Origin: Octopus bimaculoides
Lineage: Eukaryota
Assembly: GCF_001194135.2 (NCBI RefSeq)
Contig: NC_068998.1
Coordinates: forward strand, 27,706,084-27,760,421
Length of the DNA stretch: 54,338 nucleotides
Direction: 5' to 3'
Shown here: piece after piece, positions 49,349 through 54,338 of the stretch
Numbering within the stretch: the stretch's first letter is position 1
Layout: the number at the start of each line of letters is the position of its first letter
The notes under the pieces: generated by a model
Database searches by the model: none
What the model saw: the letters and a program-made list of their open reading frames with translations, nothing else
Told to the model about the DNA's origin: nothing
Position numbers and translations under genes: made by a program

Positions 49349-49904
49349 NNNNNNNNNNNNNNNNNNNNNNNNNNNNNNNNNNNNNNNNNNNNNNNNNNNN
49401 NNNNNNNNNNNNNNNNNNNNNNNNNNNNNNNNNNNNNNNNNNNNNNNNNNNNNNNNNNNNNNNNNNNNNNNGATGTGACCGAAGCGAAAGGCAATCTATC
49501 CGTGACCACCTCATCTATTCAGGTATAGGTTATTTCGGAGGATATTATCCAACATGAGCGTCCAATTTGACGATCACGTAGGGGTCCTCTTATTGGCTCA
49601 CAACACTGGATATATTTTTCTGAAGGTAACAAGAGAAAATGAAAATATTAAAAATCGGAGATGAAAATATAGTTAATTACTACGAGTTATTGATTTTGGT
49701 GGCAGGAAGCAGTGGAGTATATTAACCTAGTGCTCGACTAGGACTTATTTTTTCAACTACAGTAAGAGGAAAGGTGAAATCGATCTTGGAGGGATTTGAA
49801 CTCAGGGCGTAAAGAACCGTAGCTAAATACCACAAGATATTTTGTCCGATACTCTAATAATTCTGCTAGTTCACCTCTTTAAATTAACTAAGAAAGCGAT
49901 ATTG

Positions 49905-50116
49905 GCTTCAAATTTTGGCACTAGATGAGCAATTTCAGGCAAGAGGCTGAGTCGATTATATTGACCCCAGTGCTCAACTGGTACTTATTTTATCCATCCT
50001 GAAAGAATGAAAGGCAATGCAGACCTCGTCAGAATTTGAGTTCAGAACGTAAACTCGGACGAAACATCACCAACCATTTTGCCCGGCGTGCTAACGATTC
50101 TGCCAACTCGCCGCCT
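49905..50116 (-). mobile_element. SINE family B, full length with 20-bp TSD
   Basis: TAACTAAGAAAGCGATATTG (49885-49904) and TAACTTAGAAAGCGATACTG (50117-50136); an older family B copy lies at ~49690-49880. Confidence 0.9.
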
Positions 50117-51636
50117 TAACTTAGAAAGCGATACTGAAGCAAACACATTGATGACAATATTCTCTCACATTGCTATAAGAGATTTTGGGAGACAACTATA
50201 AAAATTGTCTCTCTGCAAACAGCCTAAAAGTATATACGGCCGATGACATATTAACTGAGGATGATATGTTCCTCAAGTCAGTGAAGTAATTACGATAATG
50301 ATCCAACTGCTATAACTGTAATAACATTCCCCTGTTTACCTACACAAATTTTTGGACATTTATTCAATAAATGTAATTTAGTGGAGACTATTTGGCATAA
50401 TATGACACAATACCCCATAATGTACTTTGTGATTTGCAAGCTATCTAAAAATTAACCTTTAAATTCTGACGCCTTCCTAAGCCACAAAAACAAAAACGAA
50501 AGAAAAAGAAAGAAAAATTATACAGTTTTTATTGAAACAAGCGCTAACAAAAGGTTGATCACAATGATTTTAATTAGCCAAGGCCGTACCTGCATTGAGG
50601 AAAGATAAACATTGTGAGCATTGCTGATCTCAACCCAAACAAAGACAATGATGACAATTCAGAATCAAAAAAATATTTCTTTGAAAATGGGTTGACGCAG
50701 CGAAGTCTAAATAAATTAACATTGTACAGGAAAAATGTGTGAAGATGAAAATAATCTGGTCTTTGGAAGACATGGTGACAATTCCGGGCATGTTTCGATC
50801 TTATTAGTACACCTCAGAGAAGTATTGCCATTTACTCTGCTAGATCACAAAAGAACAAGGAATGTATGAATATGACTAATAAATATAAAGCCAACAATAA
50901 ATAAACCAGGGAAATCAATTCTTATTACTGAACAAAAACAGTCCTAGGATAGGGAGCCGATTATACAATCAACCAAGTTCAGAAGTTTCAGCAATCGTGT
51001 ATGATACGAAATTAAAAAGAAAAAGACAATCACAAAGACTTTGTATATTAGAAGTGCATTGAGGTGCATTGGATTCCATGCACCCAGTTTGTGACATGCT
51101 GCAGTTTCCATTGCTATTTCAATTCGGGGGCAGTAGATGGAAATTCGACTTAACATACGAACGCTGAAGTTAAAAATACATCGCAAATAGATTGTTATAA
51201 ATACAGTTTAATGATTCGTGAATATGGCTTCAATTTCTTTCATTAGTAGTTCTTTTAACTCAAGAATCCACATCTCATTATCAAGATGTGGATTCCAAAA
51301 CCGAAGAAGCGAATACAGTGAATCAGATATCGTTAAAAACAAATCAGAACTGAAATGTATCAAAATATTCACGATCACAATGGCCGCTACGTACTGATAT
51401 CACTGATCGACATGAAGTTGTTTCGATTTGAATTACAGTTTCATGTCCTCGAGCCAAAGAGCTTACAGTTTACTTTCGCGAGGCAATAGATGTACTACAA
51501 TATGTTAGCAAAATCGATGCGAGTGATAAATTGCTATATGTGGCGCGCGCGCTCGCGTGTCTGTGTGTGTGTGTCTGTGTGATAATGCGTACACATAACC
51601 AATGCACACACATGCACGCGCGTGCGCACACACACA

Positions 51637-52707
51637 CGTGGTGGGGTTTTTATAGAAAGTAATGCAAAAGTGAACAGAACACTTATTAGCTAGCACAGAT
51701 CGTTGAAATTTTCACATATTGTTAGAGTAACTCTTCCTCTAATGTCAGTATTGTAGACAAATAATGGATTCCATGCGGAAATAATGTGCCGTCATGAAAT
51801 TCTTAATGAAGAACAGTTGTAGGCTGTCTGACATCCACAGAAAGTTATAAACTGTTTACAGAAATGACACCATTTCAAAAAGCAATGCATACAAATAGAT
51901 AAAGAAGTTTAAAGAAGGGGAAACCACGTTGAAGACAAACCACACCGTAAGAGACTGTCAATTGCGATCAGTGACACGAATCGCCAGTGAGCGAATGAAT
52001 TGATTCGTGCAGACAGACAGATAGATAGGATATGAAAAATGGCGCCTATCTTTATGATCCAGAAACGAAGGCTCAGCCATGGAGTGGCGTCACACATCTT
52101 CTCCATTGCCTCAAAAATTCAAACGTCAGCGATCAACACAGAAAATCGTTGTTACTGCTTGGCTGGGGATAACAAGTGTCATTCTCCTTGAATTTCTGAA
52201 ACGTGGCTTTACTATGAAGACTAAGTAATACATTGAGATACTCAAAAAGCTTAAAGAAGCCATCAGACAAGAAACTAAGCAAAAATCTTAAAACGATCCA
52301 CATTTACAATGGGAATGTGTGACCACATACACCCTTGTTAACAAATCAGGTAGTAGCTAATTGGGCTGGTCAGTGATTCCCCCATCCTCGGTCCAACTCG
52401 GTTCTGATACCCTACGACTTACACCTACTCGGTCCGATGAAAGAAAGTTTTCTGGGATTTGATTATACATATGACATGAAAGTAGGTGTGAAGAAGTGGG
52501 TACAACAGTGAGTACTTTAAGTTTCCAAAGGAGAATCGATTGTTGGGTTCAATGAAGTCACAAGTGCAACGTTTGCAACGGAAACCATGTTGAGTAGTAT
52601 GTTTGTATCGCAGAAGAATTACTCTGGCAACATGTGCAATTTAAACGAACTATGTCAGTTAATATAAATGATATGCCCACTTTTGCATTCCTTTCATGAT
52701 AACATTC

Positions 52708-52708
<1 letters not shown>
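51637..52708 (+). mobile_element. Old, degenerate near-full mariner element
   Basis: TIR core GAAAG(T/G)AATGCAAAAGT at both ends; ANELIRADR, YDPETKAQ, EWRHTSSP..KFKRQRS, IPHP...YDLHLLGPMKE. Confidence 0.8.
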
Positions 52709-52753
<45 letters not shown>

Positions 52754-53099
52754 ACCAGTCTCTCTCTTGCTCTCTCTCTTTCTATTTCTTTCTGTGTGCG
52801 CGCGCATGTGTGTGCGTGCGTGCATATGTGTGTGTGTATATATGTTGTATGTATGTATGTATGTATATATGCACATATATATATATACAAATATATTTAT
52901 ACATGTATATATATGTATATATATATGTGAATGTGTGTGTGTATATCTGTATATATATACGTATTGGTATATTTATATATATAGATATATTAATATATAT
53001 ATATAAATATATGTATAGATGTATATATATATGTATATGTGCATGTATGCATTATGTGTGTATATATACATACAAATNNNNNNNNNNCCATTATCAGCC

Positions 53100-54050
53100 C
53101 AGGCCATGACTAACTCAATAGCACCACCTGGAAAAGTATTTTAGTAAATTATTTCGGGACACCATGGACCACCCAAGCAGAGAGTTATTGGTACAGGTGG
53201 TTTATCCGGTATTTCCTGGAGGAATTTGTCCAGGTACCATTTTAAAGTTGTGGAGTATTTTTCTACTTTAATTTCTTTCGAGATAACATTGAAAAGTGCA
53301 AGATCATTTGCTGTGAAGAAATTGTGTCGCAATGTTCTTATGTGATGTGATCTCTACCTTTGTAGGGGCCGCATTGCACGGGGGCCTAGTCTCGGGTGAA
53401 TTGTAAACATAATACCGATATCTTTCCATATGGTCCTAATAATGTATCGCTCACGACGGCGTTGCAGAGAATAGAGCTTCAGCTGTTTAAGTCGAGCTGT
53501 TTAATCAAGTCCCATCATGCCACTTATTATTATTTTTTTTTTTTTGTGTGTGATTGAGCTTTGTGGCGTTTCGATCCTCATTATGTCTTGTTTTTTGTAG
53601 GGGGACCACAATGGGCAGCAGTATTCGAAGTGGGGCCTAGCGAATGTGGAGAAGAGAAGGATGATTGTTTCATGATCCTTAGAATGAAAAGATCTGAGGA
53701 TCCATGAGCACATTTTCCGGACAATATCGACATTTTTGTCGATGTGCACACTCCAGCTAAGGTTGCTGTCAACAGTTACACCTAAGTCAATGATATTATC
53801 CGACGGTTCAAGAAGGTCTCCTGACAGTAGTGTATATGGTTGTTTGAGTGTGGCCTCTTTTCCAAAGTGGATGAGCTCACATTTTTCCTCCTTCAACTGC
53901 ATATTGCTTTTTTGTGCCCACTGGGTTACTGCGCATAGGTCCGATTGAACCATTGTTCGATCATATGATCCTTTAATGACTTTCTGGAGCTTAGAGTCAT
54001 CTACAAATATTTTAATGGCGCTATGTTCAATGGAATCTGCAATGTCATTT
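53100..54050 (-). mobile_element. CR1-like LINE RT 3' fragment, degenerate
   Basis: INDIADSI..KIFVDDSKL, KCELIHFG, DLGVTVDSNLSWSVHI, ARPHFEYCCPLWSPYKKQDI, LKLYSLQRRRERY. Confidence 0.92.
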
Positions 54051-54338
54051 ATATATATATATATATTATTATTATTTTTTATAGTTTCAGCTGAGAGCTG
54101 CGGCCATGCTGATGCACCGCCGTTATATATATATATATATATATTCCTCTCTTTCGTTCAGTCTTTCCATCCTGCCCTCCACTTCTCCTGTACTGTCTCT
54201 GACACCTCTGTACCCTTTCTCGACATTTCGGTCAGCATCCTCCACTCCGCCCTTAGCACATCCATCCACTACAAACACACAGACTCACACTCCTATCTCA
54301 ACTTCTCCTCCTCCCACCCTAGACACACAAAACTTTCC

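Noticed and set aside
50780-50825. Minus-strand CTGAGG...GAAACATG pattern
   Set aside because: No stem II pairing and incomplete core

Overview
AT-rich, gap-riddled eukaryotic window. Inference: a coleoid cephalopod, most likely Octopus, judged from the SINE families, the very high microsatellite load and TTAGGG repeats. About 20 N-gaps mostly sit inside microsatellites, and nearly all long ORFs in the track are microsatellite or gap artefacts. No intact protein-coding gene can be proven. The window is mainly decayed mobile DNA: RTE, L1/Tx1, CR1 and R4/Dong LINE fragments; pogo/Tigger, Tc1, mariner, hAT and MULE-like transposon remnants; MITEs; and over 20 tRNA-type SINE copies. Main discoveries: (1) a 568-bp ungapped inverted-repeat element (25514-26081) whose arms each carry a type I hammerhead ribozyme motif. 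The + strand copy has an intact core and an unusual 57-nt loop II, and it looks like Penelope-type pseudo-LTRs. (2) A second, unrelated degenerate hammerhead at about 44591-44649. (3) A 121-bp near-perfect palindrome. (4) A motif-rich putative promoter and first exon at about 32870-33108, with phase-compatible downstream exon candidates. (5) A hAT relic with a perfect 8-bp TSD. All family assignments come from motif recognition by eye, not database searches.
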